DNA of 64,000 nucleotides from Felis catus. Taxonomy: Eukaryota. Shown piece after piece: positions 39,130 to 52,735 of this stretch (positions are counted from its first letter, which is position 1; every line of letters starts with the position of its first letter). The position numbers and the translations under genes are program-made. Under the pieces are notes generated by a model. That model saw only the letters and a list, made by a program, of their open reading frames with translations. It was not told the DNA's origin and searched no databases. The stretch is taken from contig NC_058368.1 of the NCBI RefSeq assembly GCF_018350175.1, positions 4,340,001-4,404,000 on the forward strand, written 5' to 3'.

Positions 39130-40545
39130 CCGTTAAAACCATAAACCAAACAAGTATGCTCAACTTCCCTATTATTATTCAGCATTATTTTGAAAGTTCA
39201 GCACCAGTCAAGGACACACGGACGCATAAAAATTGGAAAGGGGTGGCAAAAATATTACTTACATGTGCTGTGGGATATGTATCTATATAAATATGTATCT
39301 ATGTGTATATCTGTCTATGTCTATATAGATGTAGATAAATAGATAAACATATATAGAAACATATCTGGAAAATCCCTAAAACCTGGTAAATAAGTATTGA
39401 AAACAGTCAGTTGCTCATCAAGACTGTCAGCCACAAAAGTAAAAAACGAAAATAAATAACTTCTATGTACCAATGGAGACTAGCTGGAAAAAGGTGCTGG
39501 GGGATATATAATATCCATTCACAACAGAAAAAAAAATCTTAAAACAGGAATTCATGTAATAAGATACAGAAGGGACCTTCCAGTAAGAATGTTATAAATG
39601 TGCAACATGGTGACGGGAATAGGTAGATGACGTAAATAGAGGAACAAAGGCATCTCTATTAATAAACAACCAACAACAAACACCCAAACTTCCACAAATG
39701 ATTATCCAGTCTGGGCAAGAACCCCTGAAATGGAAAGCCTAGAAACAAACCTTGTCATGCAGGAAAACTTCACATCTCACAGAGGGCATCTTTTCAAGTC
39801 AGTAGGGGAAAACGGGTTATTCAAAAACCAACTAGAGAAACGAAAGCCAGTTCCAATCTCATCCCTTAACACTGCCACAAACTTAAACAAAGACTGAAAG
39901 ATGAAAAATAAAACCACAAGAGTATGAGAAGAAAATGTGGACAGAAAGTTGAATGCAGTTAGGCCAGAAAGCTCTCTTGAAGGCTGACAAAAAACTGAAA
40001 GAAAAGTCTAAAAGATTTAACTCAAAACAACATTTATTGCCATCAAGCTAAGTAACAAACATGAAACCTTCTAAGTGTTAAAAAAAAAATCATAAAAGAA
40101 GCTGAAAGATAAATAACAAAATGGGAGGACAAAATTATGACAAAAAGACTAAAAGGCTGACGCCCCTATGAAAACGAGTAACAAAAAGATGAACGTAAAG
40201 ACGGGAAAATGACAAAAATAGACAAAATTCAATTCCTACTGGATGGTAAGACACCATAGGGGAAGCTGTTGGTTTCACCAGTAATAAAAGAATTGCAAGC
40301 AAAAATAAATTAAAGTATGTGTGGTCTATCAGATTGGCAAAAATTAAAATCAAATCCATAACTGGGGTCATCAAGGAAAAGCCATCTGGATTTTAACTTT
40401 GCGACGTGTACCAGAACATAAACTCTACACGTATCTTCTAGTTACGCAATTTCACCCTTAGGGATTTATTTTAAGGCTACAATAGTCAAATGGACAAGAC
40501 ATATGCATCCATAGTTAGCTGTAGTTCTTCTACTATATTGAAAAC
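39130..40545 (+). mobile_element. Highly decayed old L1 (ORF2 region)
   Basis: A-rich, with ORF2-like motifs: acattccgttaaaac..attattcagcattattttgaaagttc..atatccattcacaacag..cagattggcaaaaattaaaa..caatttcacccttagggattta. Confidence 0.7.
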
Positions 40546-41639
40546 TGGGTTCAGAACCTTGAACAAGAGCTAGGGATAGGAGTTAGGGTTCTGGGGCACA
40601 GTCTCAGAGCAAGAGGGGAAAGGGTGAATACCAGACGGAGCCTGGGAAAACACAAGGGGCGGGCGCGGGGGGAGGCCTCAGTTTGGCACGTAGATAGGAG
40701 TCCAGCCTACTGTCTGCTCTGCACGTAGGATCAACACATTGTGCCTGGCACACAGCAAGAAAGGCCCTTGGAAGATGATGAACAAGAATGAGCCAAGTCT
40801 AAACTACGTTTTATCGAGGATTGAATTTAATCCTAGTAAAGACACCTGGGACTTGAAGGTGATCTGGGAAAGTAAGAGAATCACATTACAGACTTGGTTG
40901 CAAAGAAATCCATTCATTTTCATTTATTAACGTCCGTGTAACTTTTGTCCAGGTGAAGAACACACTTTCTCTCTCTTTTACGTTCTCTGCCATGGTACTT
41001 TCGCACAGTACCCTGCAGTGAAAAACTGCTCGGTGCTGTGAAGACGCTGGGCATCACCTCGAAAGTCATCTCTTTTAGAATGTACCTTTTCCGGGACAAG
41101 AGAGTCTGCATTCCCAACCTCCAAGATCTCTCGAAGAAGGGAGGGAAAGTATTCAGGCTCAGGTGTGGTGAATTTTATATCCAGAACTCAAGCCATGGGG
41201 AGAAGGAGCTTCTCTTCTGAACCTAATCCAGGCTCAGCCCTGCTCCTTCATCTCAGCTGGGCTCTGAGGAAAGGAAGGGCCATATGGTCACTGACATTTC
41301 AATGGCCTTTATGTCTTCAATGGCACAGAAAGAACTGAATGAATGCCTGTGTCACTGGAAGCCAACGGAAGCTATGTGTGTCTGTGTGTGTGCATGTCTG
41401 CCCTTCCAACTTTACAAGGAGTCTGTGCTCCTTAAAGAAAAATCGGAATGAAAAATACAAAAAGGAAATTGACACCTGTAATCCGTGACTGTGATAAACA
41501 GTTGTTAATGTGAAAGCTCCCTTCGGTTTCCAAAAGACAAAAATCACACTATCTATGATTTTATTACATGCTTTTCACTAACGTGATATTAAGAATTCTT
41601 TGTGAACGTTAACGGCTGTATATTATTTCATCGTGTGGC

Positions 41640-42000
41640 CTCTATGAGTCAGGATATACTAAGTGACGATGACAGTAACATGAATCCTACCGTCTCAGTG
41701 GCTTCCAACAGCAAAGATCTGTTCCTTGAGCAGACGACACATCTCTCTCGGGTGAGCGGACTCCTCTCACGTCAGCAGCACTTAGGCATCCAGGCTTTCT
41801 GAGTCTCCACCACCCGGAAGGTCATTGGTTGCTGGGCCAACAGGGAGGAAATGTGGACAAGTGTGCAGTGGCTCTTAACTGCTGCAGCCCAGCAATGAGC
41901 CCCATCACTTCTGCCCGATTTCTTTGGCCAGATCAAGTCACGTGGCCACAACTAACCGCACAGAGCAAAGATGTGCAATTCTACCGCATGTCAGAGATAG
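41640..42000 (-). mobile_element. MaLR LTR (MLT1K/L-like)
   Basis: agtcaggatatactaagt..gtctcagtggcttccaacagcaaag..catcacttctgcccgatttctttggccagatcaagtcacgtggccacaactaac. Confidence 0.7.
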
Positions 42001-43129
42001 CGCAGTGCTAAGTGGGCAGGCCTAATGACAAGCACAGGGTACAACACGGTTTGCTTAACCTTTCCTCCAATGTTGGACTCCAATTTCTTGTAGATGTGCT
42101 AATTATCAGGTGTCCAGCTTTATTGGGTTTTCTATGTGTATCTTCAGAATAAATTCCTCAGTGCTACATTAATGGCTTTTGTAGACTTCCATGTTCTTGA
42201 TCCCTCCTGCCAAACCCATTCCTCCTCCTAGAAACAAAAATAAAAATATCTACATCGGTGTATCGACACAATCACTAGTGTTGTCTTTTAATAGAATATG
42301 GAGTCATATGATAAGCGAACGTGTCATTTTGCTGTTATTTCCATTTGCATACTTTTGCGCGCCAGGAAAGTCAAACGATTTTTTGTAGCTCCATATGAAC
42401 TATTTGCATTGTCTTCTTTTGTGACTGACTTCTATGCCTATTTTCCTTTGGGGGGAGTGTCGGGATTTTGTTGTTGTTGTTCTGCCCGTTTTTTATTTGT
42501 ATTTCTATGCGCTCTTTATGCAGCAACAATATAAACCATTAAGTGTTGCAATTTTTGAAAACCAGTATGCTTGTCTGTGAATTTTATTCATATTTCCTGA
42601 GAGAAATTAAAATTTTTGTGGTCAAATCCATTCATCTGTATTTTCATTTGTAATTTCTTCCATCTCTTTTTAACCTACTATCCTTCTCTAAACGAAAGAG
42701 AAGATAAGAGGAGCTAAAAGGAGGCAGATAAGGGCTTGTTTTTTTCTATTTAAGTGTTGGCTCCATCTGGTATTTATTTCACGACAGTAAATATGCATAA
42801 AGTGACGCAACATGTACACTACTCTTGCTTGGAACATCTTGGGTAGATTACTTAATCTTCCCTCTTCTGTCCCTATAACACAACTCCAAAGTTTGGAAAG
42901 CCTCTTAGCTTCAGTACGAAAGTGAATGGGCATCCCGGCCCCGCCCCCACGCAGAGCCCCAGGAACAAATAAACAGAAACGCTGCCCGTCCATTTCCAAA
43001 CTAATGTGAACCCGTGTCACATTTCCTACTCCCCGTTCGTCAACTCCCAGGTTCTTCAGTACGACTGGTTTCGAGCTTACCCCATCCAACTGCCATACAT
43101 TCCAAATGAGACCACTGGTTTCCAGGACA

Positions 43130-43620
43130 GCGTGCTCTTACATTTCCCTCCTAACTCATTGGTTTCTCTCTCTCCTTCTTTGTTGGTCCTTCCTCATTTT
43201 CCAGCCCTTTAAATGATGGCCCAGGGCTCATCACTCCTCAGGGTGATCTCACCCAGTCCGTTGGCTTTGATATAATCTATGTGTGGATAACTGCAAATCC
43301 CTATCTCCAGCACAGACTGCTCCTCTGAACTTTGGACTTGTATATCCACCAGCCTACGTGACAACTTCTCTTGTTTGACCAGTGGCATCTCATACTTAGT
43401 ACTCCTAAAACTGGTTTCCTGATTGCCCCAAGGACCTAGCCTTCCCACAGTCTCCTCTCCACGTTAAAGGCAACGCTTTCCTTTTGGCCACTTGGGCCAA
43501 AAGCCTCGCAATCACTCTTGATTCTTCTCCCTCTCTTATACTCCAAATTCTATCTGACCTCTACCTGAAACCTTCGGATGGCTTCCTACTCATCCACATC
43601 CGAGCCAAAATCCTTACACA
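43130..43620 (+). mobile_element. L2 fragment
   Basis: ggtgatctcacccagtccgttggctttgatataatctatgtgtggataactgcaaatccctatctccagcacagactgctcctctgaact. Confidence 0.85.
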
Positions 43621-44605
43621 AAGAGGACATTCAAGCGGCCCATAAACATACGAAGAAGTGCCCGGAGTTCTTAGTCATGAGAAAAGTACACATTAAAACC
43701 ACAATGTGATATGGCTCCATCCTCCCAAAGTGGCTAAAAGTAAAAGGACTGACAATATCAAGTATTGGACAGGACGTGGAACAAACGGTGCATCCGAACA
43801 TTGCCTGTTGGTGTGCAAACCCCGGAGAATTATTTTGAAAAACTGTTTGGCGAGAGCTGCAGTAAAGCTAAAGTATACCCCAAATTACTCCTAGCTATAT
43901 ACTCAACAGACATGAATGCTTGTGTCTATCAAAAGATATATACATGAATATTCGCAGGAACTTTATTCACAATAACCCCAGAAGGGAAATAACTCAAATG
44001 TCAGTCAATAGTGGAACACATTAGTACATTGTGGCATATTAAAAATGGAATACTTCGGGGCGCCTGGGTGGCTCAGTCGGTTAAGCAGCCGACTTCAGCT
44101 CAGGTCACGATCTCGCAGTCCGTGAGCTCGAGCCCCGCGTCGGGCTCTGTGCTGACGGCTCAGAGCCTGGAGCCTGTTTCGGATTCTGTGTCTCCCTCTC
44201 TCTGCCCCTCCCCCGTTCATGCTCTGTCTCTGTCTCAAAAATAAACGTTAAAAAAAAAATGGAATACTTCAAAGCACTGGAAAAGAACAGGTCACTAAAC
44301 CACGCAACAAGATGCATGCATCTCACAGACACGATGCCGTATAGAAGACGCTACGCTCAAAAGAGTACCTAACACACGGTGGTACTTAGCTCAGGTTCGA
44401 AACAGGCAAAGCTGGTGGTTACCTTGTGGGGAAGGTATATTGAAGGAATATTGACTGGCAGGTTGCAGGGGCCTCCTAAAAGCAGGTGCTGAAAACGGTG
44501 TATATCTTGACCTGGGTAGCAATGAGACAGGTATACACCGATGTAAGATTTCCTGGAGCTGTGTACTAAGATTTGTGTATCTCATGTAAGTTCTGCCTCA
44601 ATAAG
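43621..44605 (+). mobile_element. Old L1 (ME-like) 3' part, interrupted by a SINE
   Basis: aagaggacattcaagcggcccataaacatacgaagaagtg..aaggactgacaatatcaagtattgg..tatcttgacctgggtagc..tgcctcaataa. Confidence 0.82.
44057..44259 (+). mobile_element. Can-SINE with TSD
   Basis: TSD aaaaatggaatacttc on both sides. Confidence 0.97.
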
Positions 44606-44849
44606 ACGGTAACAAAACAAAACACCTTCTACTAACATTTGTTGGGCACTACCATGCACAAGTGACCTGAAGGAATAATGAACGGATCAGAAATGGGCCC
44701 TGCTGCTATGTGAATGTCACTCCCCTTGGGAAGACAGAAAGTAATCAAATGACCTCGAGAAATCAGGAACTGGGATGATCCACACGCAGGGGAAGAACTG
44801 GGTTCTGTGAGGGTGTGCGACAGAGGAACCGGCGAGCTCTGGGGGAGTG

Positions 44850-45250
44850 ACATTCCCAGCGGAGCAGAGTGAGAACACAGGAGAACGTGCTCCAGGCAGA
44901 GGGAAGTGAGTGCCAAGAACCTGGAGCCAAAGAAAGGAGGCTGCGTTCAGCTGGACAAGGCTGGGCTGACCAGGCCCCACGGGAACCCGTGGGCGGCAAA
45001 GGTCTTCGGCCTTTGGCTCAAGAGCAGTGGAAGGCACTGAGGGGTTTTAAGGGAAGGGGGGTTATAAGCGAATGTGCATTTAGAAAAGATCTCCCAGATA
45101 GCTGTGTGGATTTGAGAGAGGGAAAGTCGGTCAGGGGACACTCGTTAAGAGAACTGTAACTGCCCAGGCTAGCATCCACCCATCTGGGAGACAGGGCAGG
45201 AGACGCGGTGAGGAAGGTCGTCACCGAGACTGCGGATTCGATGTATCTTT
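44850..45250 (-). mobile_element. L2 fragment
   Basis: tccaggcagagggaagtgagtgccaagaacctggag..ggcactgaggggttttaaggg..gcatttagaaaagatctccc. Confidence 0.7.
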
Positions 45251-47649
45251 ATATCTCACAGAAGCGATTTCCACTCCAGGTCAGTATGTGAGAGACAACA
45301 GGAACACCAGGGACCCCTATGGACAGAGGCGGAGGGCCAGGGGGACGGGAGCACAGGAGGGACGTTACACATGGACCCTTTCACGTTTTTACATCTTACG
45401 GTTTTCAGGCATGTGCATATACTCCTACTCAAAATATAATTAAAACGTAAAGTTAATATCACTCAAGGGGAGCCTTCCTTACCTTACTAATGTTGCCCTT
45501 GGCTTCTCTGTTGGTCACAAGGCACAGAGGTAAAAAGACATTGTAGCAAGCCCCTCTGGGTACTGTCATTCCATGAATAATAGTGAGGTCCCCGCGTCCT
45601 GCTCACAGCTCATATTTGCCATGGATGAGAACATAATTTACTTAGAGAATCACCAGAGAAGCCACTTCCTGAAACGTAAACTGCCTAAAATCTAAAAGAC
45701 ACATGTGCATCATTTAAAATATACAGTTTACTTGCTATAGGAAAAACTCCTAATATTCTGGATTTTCATTTCATTATATCTAACGCATGTAAATTTGCAG
45801 GGGGTTAAAAAAAACAAAGAAAGTATAGCTCTATTTGTGAAAACTAAGACAAAAATGAAAGCCGGTGACTTGGCCCAAAGAGCTCTATTATAAAAACAAC
45901 CCGGGTAGTCCTATAATTTCCCCGTGTTTTAAATCAGTGAAATCTAGAGTTGCAGCTGTCCCACAGACTGAAACCATATAAATTTTTAGAAAATGAGTCA
46001 ATCATGAGATTAAAGTTTCAATTTATAACACTTCTGTGTTTTAGTTACAAAGTCGTAAATAAATCTAGCATGACAGAGAAGGTAAATATTTTCTCAGTTG
46101 TTTATGCAGCCAAAGAGGAAAGGAATTTAACATGCAATTAACTACTTAGGTTTTTTTTTTAGATACGCACCACATGGTCTTTGTATTCCAGATAAGCAAA
46201 AAATAAATATTGTTTTGTTTAATCTAACATTTGCTTAGCAACAACAAATATTCCAAACTAGTGTGATACCTGGCTAATACCTTCGCTTTCTGGAACTGTT
46301 TTTCCACTTGCAAAAGGGCTAGCGCGTAAGAAAAGGGAGGAAATAGAACTGCTTCCCCAGGAAGAAGAAGGAAAAAAAACTAAATAGGAGGAATGAAGAT
46401 TTTTATTAAATAAATGAGGTTGAAGTCTCTGGAGAGAGAAAGATGGACTTTCAACCACTCAGGGCTCTACTTCTATTGTTTTCAGGTAGTATTTTTCTCC
46501 CCCCACATTAAAAAGAGAGACTTTTATGCCATTCTTTAAACCAACCTCTGAACAGGTGTGAGGTTAAGAACAGGTCGAAAGCAGACCTCAGATTTCTAAA
46601 TAAAGCCTCCCATATGATCAGTTTCTCTTATCGGCCTTACTTTAAAAGTAACTGGAAAAAAATGTGACTGCCATTTTAATCGAGATGGTAGAAATCACTT
46701 ATGAGCGCTATTATTTCTTACCGTCATGATTTACCAGTTTTTCTAAAAATTAAAGCTTTTAAAATAAAATCATGAACACTTGAGTCTATGTGAGGTCACT
46801 AAGCTGTAATATAATTTTAAATTAAAATTATGTAATCTCCTCTGGAAACTTCTGAAGTATACACTTAAAATTGGACTTTTTAAACATGATTTTTAATCTG
46901 AACGCACAAGTGTCAGCTATCCACAGGGATTTCTACACAAATATACCGACTCACTCACTTACTTATACTGAAGAAAGAAGCCCTTCGAGACTGCCTATCA
47001 AGTAAACAGGAAAGAGAATGAACTCTAATGGCAATAAATCAGTCTTCACACCCAAACCGTGTGTAGCAAGGCCATTTTCTCATTGTGTTTCTGCTTATTT
47101 TTCTTCTTTTTTAGACTTAAAAAAAAAAAAAAACTCCATACAGTAAAATAAACACGGTAAAAGTACTCTCAAAATCTCTCTGTACTCTCCCACTATGTTG
47201 ATTTCATGTCCTTCCACATGGTTAAGAGGTCAGTTTGAAAGTTCGTCTGGGATGAGCCCGTTGTGCGAACAAGTGGGTTTACCACTGGTTGGTTGCACAC
47301 CATCTCCCAACTGGTAAATTACAGGTTACTTTCCTTTGCACGTATTGTCATGACATCAGCAATGTCAGGGTAAGAATCCGCTCTAGAAATTGAGCAATTT
47401 CAGGAAGGGAAGCCGTCAAATTGCACATAAACTGTATGCTAAAAGTTCACTTATTAGCCTGTTTATTTGGGAATGCAGAACACACAGCCAAAATAGATGT
47501 TCTATAAAGCACGTTCTAAGCTACTACAGTCAACGTAACCCTAAAATAATAGAAAAGAGCAGAGCATTATACTGTTTTCATAGTAGCAGAAACGGAAAAT
47601 AGTACGTTTAAAATTTTGGTTTTTGCTGGTACTTGAAAAAAAGCTGTTC

Positions 47650-47786
47650 GGGGTGGGGGGGGTGTCTGGGTGGCTCAGTCGGTTAAGCGAACGACTTCAG
47701 CTCAGGGCACTGTCCCACAGGTCGTGAGTTCCAGCCCCGCATCGGGCTCTGTGTCTCCCTCTCTCTCTGGCCCTCCTCCACTTGTG

Positions 47787-47830
<44 letters not shown>

Positions 47831-47856
47831 AATAAACAAACATTAGAAAAAAAAAA
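47650..47856 (+). mobile_element. Can-SINE (internally deleted) with TSD
   Basis: TSD aaaaaaagctgttc; long (CT)n tract. Confidence 0.92.
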
Positions 47857-48068
47857 GCTGTTCCAATTAGAAGATCTTCTCCAACCACACTGGCTGATCC
47901 ACTGTGTGCCCACTGCTTAAATATTCCCCTCAGTTGTCTTCTAAATTTCCCTTCATCTTACTCAGCAAATTCTCCCTGCTCAGTGCAGTCTGTGATCATA
48001 GCTTATAGTTCCATCTGTATCTGTATTTTAACTAAAAATTAATTTTAACTAAAACTAATTTTAACTAA

Positions 48069-48260
48069 TTTTTTTTTTTTTATTTTAGAAAGAGAGAGTG
48101 CAAGCAGGGGAGGGGCAGAGAGAAACGGAGAATTTCAAGCAGGCTCTGTGTGCTGTCAGTGCAGAGCCCGACATGGGACTAGAACTCATGAAACTATGAG
48201 AAAATGACCTGAGCCCAAATCAAGAGTCGGATGCTTAACTGAGCCACCCAGGCACCCCCC
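48069..48260 (-). mobile_element. Can-SINE
   Basis: aagcaggctctgtgtgctgtcagtgcagagcccgacatggg..gagccacccaggcacccc. Confidence 0.93.
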
Positions 48261-48264
48261 TAAA

Positions 48265-48376
48265 ATTTTTTTTTAGAGAGAGAGAGAGAGCATGAGCAGA
48301 GGAGAGGGGCAGAGGGAGGGGGAGGGAGACGGAGAGGGAGGGGGGGAGGGAGGGAGAGAGGCAAGAGGGGAGGGGG

Positions 48377-48407
<31 letters not shown>

Positions 48408-48560
48408 GGAGGGAGGGAGGGAGGGAGGGAGGGAGGGAATATCTTAGGCTCTACGGTCAGCATGGAGCCTGATACGGGACTCGATCCCTTGACCCTGGGA
48501 TCATGACCTGAGCCAAAACCAAGAGTTGGATGCTCAACCGACTGAGCCACCCAGGCGTCC
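48265..48560 (-). mobile_element. Can-SINE with an expanded purine (GA/GGGA) tract, tandem to the previous copy
   Basis: Purine run at 48275-48438, then catggagcctgatacgggactcgatccc..gagccacccaggcgtcc. Confidence 0.92.
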
Positions 48561-50665
48561 TTTCTTTTCACATTCTTTGTCGGTGTTTGTTCTAACAAGA
48601 ATAATGAGCGGATATCAACATGTCATTCAATCCCAGTAAGTGCCTTCCTAGAATAAGTCTTGTATATTTTAGCTTTATTCAAGATAGCAAACTTTAAATT
48701 ATGAATGGACAAGAAAGACAATCTCCTCAGATGTACTTATTGTGACATTTTCAGGTGCTCAGGACTTTCTTATTCTGTACTCATCACTGTTTTCAACATG
48801 AGGTGCTAAAGGACAAAGAAGGCCTCACTGGCGGCAAGTTATTCAGAGAATTCTTTTATTCCCAGGATAGCTGCGTGTGAGACACGGCTTCACCGACAAA
48901 GTCCACAAAGGTAGTTCAACCGAGCGAGATACAAACGAGTCGTTAACAAATCTTGGAAAACTGCGGTCTGTCAGCAGAGTCAGTTGTTCATGCTTTGAAC
49001 TTGAAAAATACTCACAAGGACAGAACTGAACGGTCACAAGGCTAGAGATAGGTTTTGACCCAGACGCTCCCAGACATGACTGCCTCTCAACTGCTTCAGA
49101 GGGATGAGCGACAGTGTAAAAACATAAACTTGAAATCCTATAAAAATAAAAATGCAGCATCTTCCACTCTCTGAGTAAATAATGGAGGTGATACACAATC
49201 ATCTAGGAACAGAATGTTCTGAGAAGAGATGGTCATTAATATCAAAACCAAACATCAGGCTCCGAATAGTACAAGGCTAGCCCGTTGGATACGCTGTAAA
49301 ACAGCTCTCTGTTTACAACCAGCTTTTGGGCCCCTAGCAAACTACTGTTAGAATAGCAAGAAAATTACAAATCACATTTGTCTATACATTATATACAGCA
49401 CTAGAGCTAGGTCGTAAGTATCAATAAATTGCTGACGTAGTAAGTCTGTTCACTTGAAAAATAAGCACCCGTTATTTATTGCGGGATATGGCTGGAGCTG
49501 CCCGTGTTCAATAATCGCGTATCAGAAGAGCAGAGTTTGCCAAAACATGATCTACACGGGGCTAATGTCTAGAAATGAACCAGGCAGAGTTCTGTGGTCA
49601 TTAGTAAGCCTTCAAACAAAGCACGAGAGACTCAATGTTCATTAGCACATCACAGATCCTGAGAAGCCCGCTCAACATTATTTAAACAAGTATTCCTCAA
49701 ACGTAGCTGATGGGACACTTTATTCTCAAGGTATTAATGCGCTTGGAGAGACACTAATACAGACACATACGTAATCACCGTCTAAAAGTTTAGACCACAT
49801 TACATGCATATAATCTGTGCAGTTCTATCAACATTATGAATACTCTGTAGGTTGGTGTTCAAATTATATTCTCCTGTTCTCATGGTTTCATTGGAGGGAA
49901 TAAAAGGATTCACTGCAGAGAAACATCCCTAGAGATAAGTTTGTAGGGAAACCATCCCTCTTCCAGCCTGCATGGCGGGATGCTCTCAAGTCCCCCTCCC
50001 GGGTCAATGCTCGTGACGAACTCACACTCATTCTCCACCCCCTGACCTCCGCGTCCAGCCGACCACTGCGCCTCATGGAGCCTGCCTTCTACACTGTTCT
50101 CACACCCATTTCAATCTTTCCACCTTCACAGCCACTTCCCTGGTTCGAGCTACCCACTCTACCCCAGCACCTGAATAATTTCCCAACTGTTCCCCCTAAA
50201 TCCATTCTTTACCACATATGGCACAACCCAAATAACCTCTTAACGTAGAGAAATCTTTTCCACATACCAATTTTCTACTATTTCTATAAACTACTAAGAT
50301 AAGGAGAATGACAAAACTATCAAGGTTATATGCACTATCAGTTTAAGAAACAAGACACTTCCAGGACGTGTATAATCCCATTCCTTGTTCCAGAGGTTAG
50401 CACCCTCTGAATTTTGTGTTTACTGTTCCTTCACTTTTCGTTAGAGTTTTACTGCTTATGTGTTTACCTGTGAGAAGTCCATTATCTGTGCCCCTCAGTT
50501 TCAGCTGCATGAATTCCAGACAATGAATATGGCACAAATTATTTATCCATTTTTTTCCACTGACAGTCACTTGGGTTCTTTCCCGAATCCCACCTCTTCC
50601 TTTTTTTCCACTTTTACAAACAGTGCTGTTATCAACCTTCCAGTTATTATTATTTTTTTATGTTT

Positions 50666-50882
50666 TGAGGTTTTTGTTTTTTTTAACGATTATTTATTTT
50701 TGAGAGAGAGACAGAGTGTGAGTGGGGGAAGGGCAGAGAGAGAGGGAGACACAGAATCCAAAGCAGGCTCCAGGCCCCGAGCTGTCAGCATAGAGCCCGA
50801 CGCAGGGCTCGAACCCACGAGCCGTGAGATCATGACCTGAGCCGAAGTCAGATGCCCAACCGACTGAGCCACCCAGGCACCC
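50666..50882 (-). mobile_element. Can-SINE
   Basis: Canonical body and T-rich tail. Confidence 0.95.
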
Positions 50883-50885
50883 TTA

Positions 50886-51070
50886 ATGTTCCAAGTTTTT
50901 ATTAAATTCTAGTTAGTTAACAGGAGAAGAATTTAGTGATTCATCACTTACATATAACACCCAGTGCTCATCTCAAGTGCCCTCCTTAATGTCCATCACC
51001 CATTTAGCCCCTCCTCCTCCCACCTCACCTCCAGCAACTCTCAGTTTGTTCTCTATAGTTAAGAGTATCT
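50886..51070 (-). mobile_element. Carnivore L1 3'-end fragment
   Basis: tttagtgattcatcacttacatataacacccagtgctcatc..cccatttagcccc..cagtttgttctctatagttaagagt; similar to 61800-61960. Confidence 0.85.
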
Positions 51071-51072
51071 TT

Positions 51073-51249
51073 GGGGCGCCTGGGTGGCTCAGTCAGTTGA
51101 GTGTCTGACTCTTGGTGTCGGCTCAGATCATGACCTCATGGTTTGTCGGATTCTCTCTCTCTCCTTCTGTCCCTTTCCCCTGCTCATGTTCTCTCCCTGT
51201 CTAAAATAAAATTTAAAAACAAAACAAAACACAAACAAACAAACAAAAT
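51073..51249 (+). mobile_element. Can-SINE (internally deleted)
   Basis: ggggcgcctgggtggctcagtcagttgagtgtctgactc..(CAAA)n tail. Confidence 0.9.
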
Positions 51250-51699
51250 ACAATTTACTCAAAGAGCCATAGCTACTGCCAATGAACAAGGGAGACAATC
51301 CCAGTGAAGAGATAAGTCTCTGTATTTTCTCAAAAGGAAGTAGGACAAGGATAGTGGGCTTAATAACATCATCCTTTCTTTTAAATTCAAACAATTTACT
51401 GATAGTTGATTCAGAATTTGTTTGCCACTGTGACTTCATCTTTGTATATTTCATTATTACGCAGAGGAATCTGGACGGTAGGGAAGTTTGGGTTCTCTTC
51501 TAAGGACCATACAACGTCACCATACAACTGGAGATAAAGAAAGGCAGAGGAAGCAGCTCAGCCAAGCTCAAGTTCTGCAGCTTTAGAAAGCTTCCCGCTT
51601 CCTCCTAATTTTTGCCTTCCTATGATTTAATCACTTACTGATCATGTTATAACTACATGGAGTTCACATCACATCCATCTGTAAACTAAGCAAAGAATA

Positions 51700-51826
51700 G
51701 GGTGCCTGGGTGGCTCAGTCGGTTAAGCATCTGACTCTTGGTTTCAGCTCAGGTCATGATCTCACGGTTCGTGAGTTCAAGACCAGTGTTGGGCTCCGAG
51801 CTGCTGACAGTGCAAAGCCTGCTTAG

Positions 51827-51863
<37 letters not shown>

Positions 51864-51985
51864 TCTCTCTCTCTCTCTCCCTCCCTCCCTCCCTCTCTCT
51901 CTCCCCCTCACCCCCACCGTCTCTGCCCCTCCCCTGCTTGTGCACACTCTGTTTCAAAATAAACAAACTATAAAAAATAAATAAA
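51700..51985 (+). mobile_element. Can-SINE with TSD
   Basis: TSD aaactaagcaaaga; long (CT)n tract. Confidence 0.94.
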
Positions 51986-52489
51986 ACTAAGCAAAGACTA
52001 AAAAATGAGCACAAAAAACACACGAGCACAACAGCACATGAATCAGGCAGTGTTCTGCAAACTGGAAAAAGCTATTAAATCTAGGCAATTGTTATGGTTT
52101 GTTCCACTGATGAATATTCTCATTGCCACAAATTTTCACTAACACAGACGATCCAGGGCTCAGTAATACACAGCATTAGAACAGTAAATTACACATAAAG
52201 TCAAAAACAGGTACGTAGTATGCCTAGCATTATATACTGGAGCAGACGATTAAGTGTCCAGACGACCAAAACTATTGATAACAAGTATTATGATGATAAA
52301 ATACGCTATTATTTTACTTGTGTGGTAAATTCGCACTATTCCAATGTACGTTTGAGTGTCAGGACCTGAACATCCCCTGGACAATTACGGTTCACTGAAG
52401 AGCCTCTTAGCACGGGTGCTGGCACCCAATACTGTAACAACACGTGTTCAGCGTTGTACAGATCACAGAGTGCCTCCAAATGTGCTATC

Positions 52490-52735
52490 AGACTGGCTAA
52501 GCCAGACGATCCAAACCAGGCCCTCCCGGCAGCCACCGCCCCACCTAGTCAGGGCAGCCCGCCCGAGGACGAAATGAACCCCAAGAAGGACAAGCCTGAG
52601 AAATGGAAAGAAAGAGAAACTTCTCGAACGGTATTTTGTAAGCACTAACCAGATCCAACTTACCTGAAACCAGATATACCCTTGTATCTTTCAGTGATGA
52701 GATTCCATAAAGCCTCTTTTCTGCCTAAGCACTAT
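52490..52735 (+). mobile_element. MaLR LTR fragment (MLT1J/K-like)
   Basis: gcctgagaaatggaaagaaagagaaac..agatccaacttacctgaaaccagat..ctttcagtgatgagattccataaagcctcttttctgcctaagc. Confidence 0.6.

Noticed and set aside
47200..47382. Acceptor-like site (caatttctag) followed by exon-like sequence in intron 16
   Set aside because: In the MIPEP frame it stops after 5 codons; no convincing donor or homology.
48026..48070. Short tandem ttttaactaaaa(t/c)taa repeats
   Set aside because: Ordinary slippage next to a SINE tail; not a CRISPR-like or functional array.
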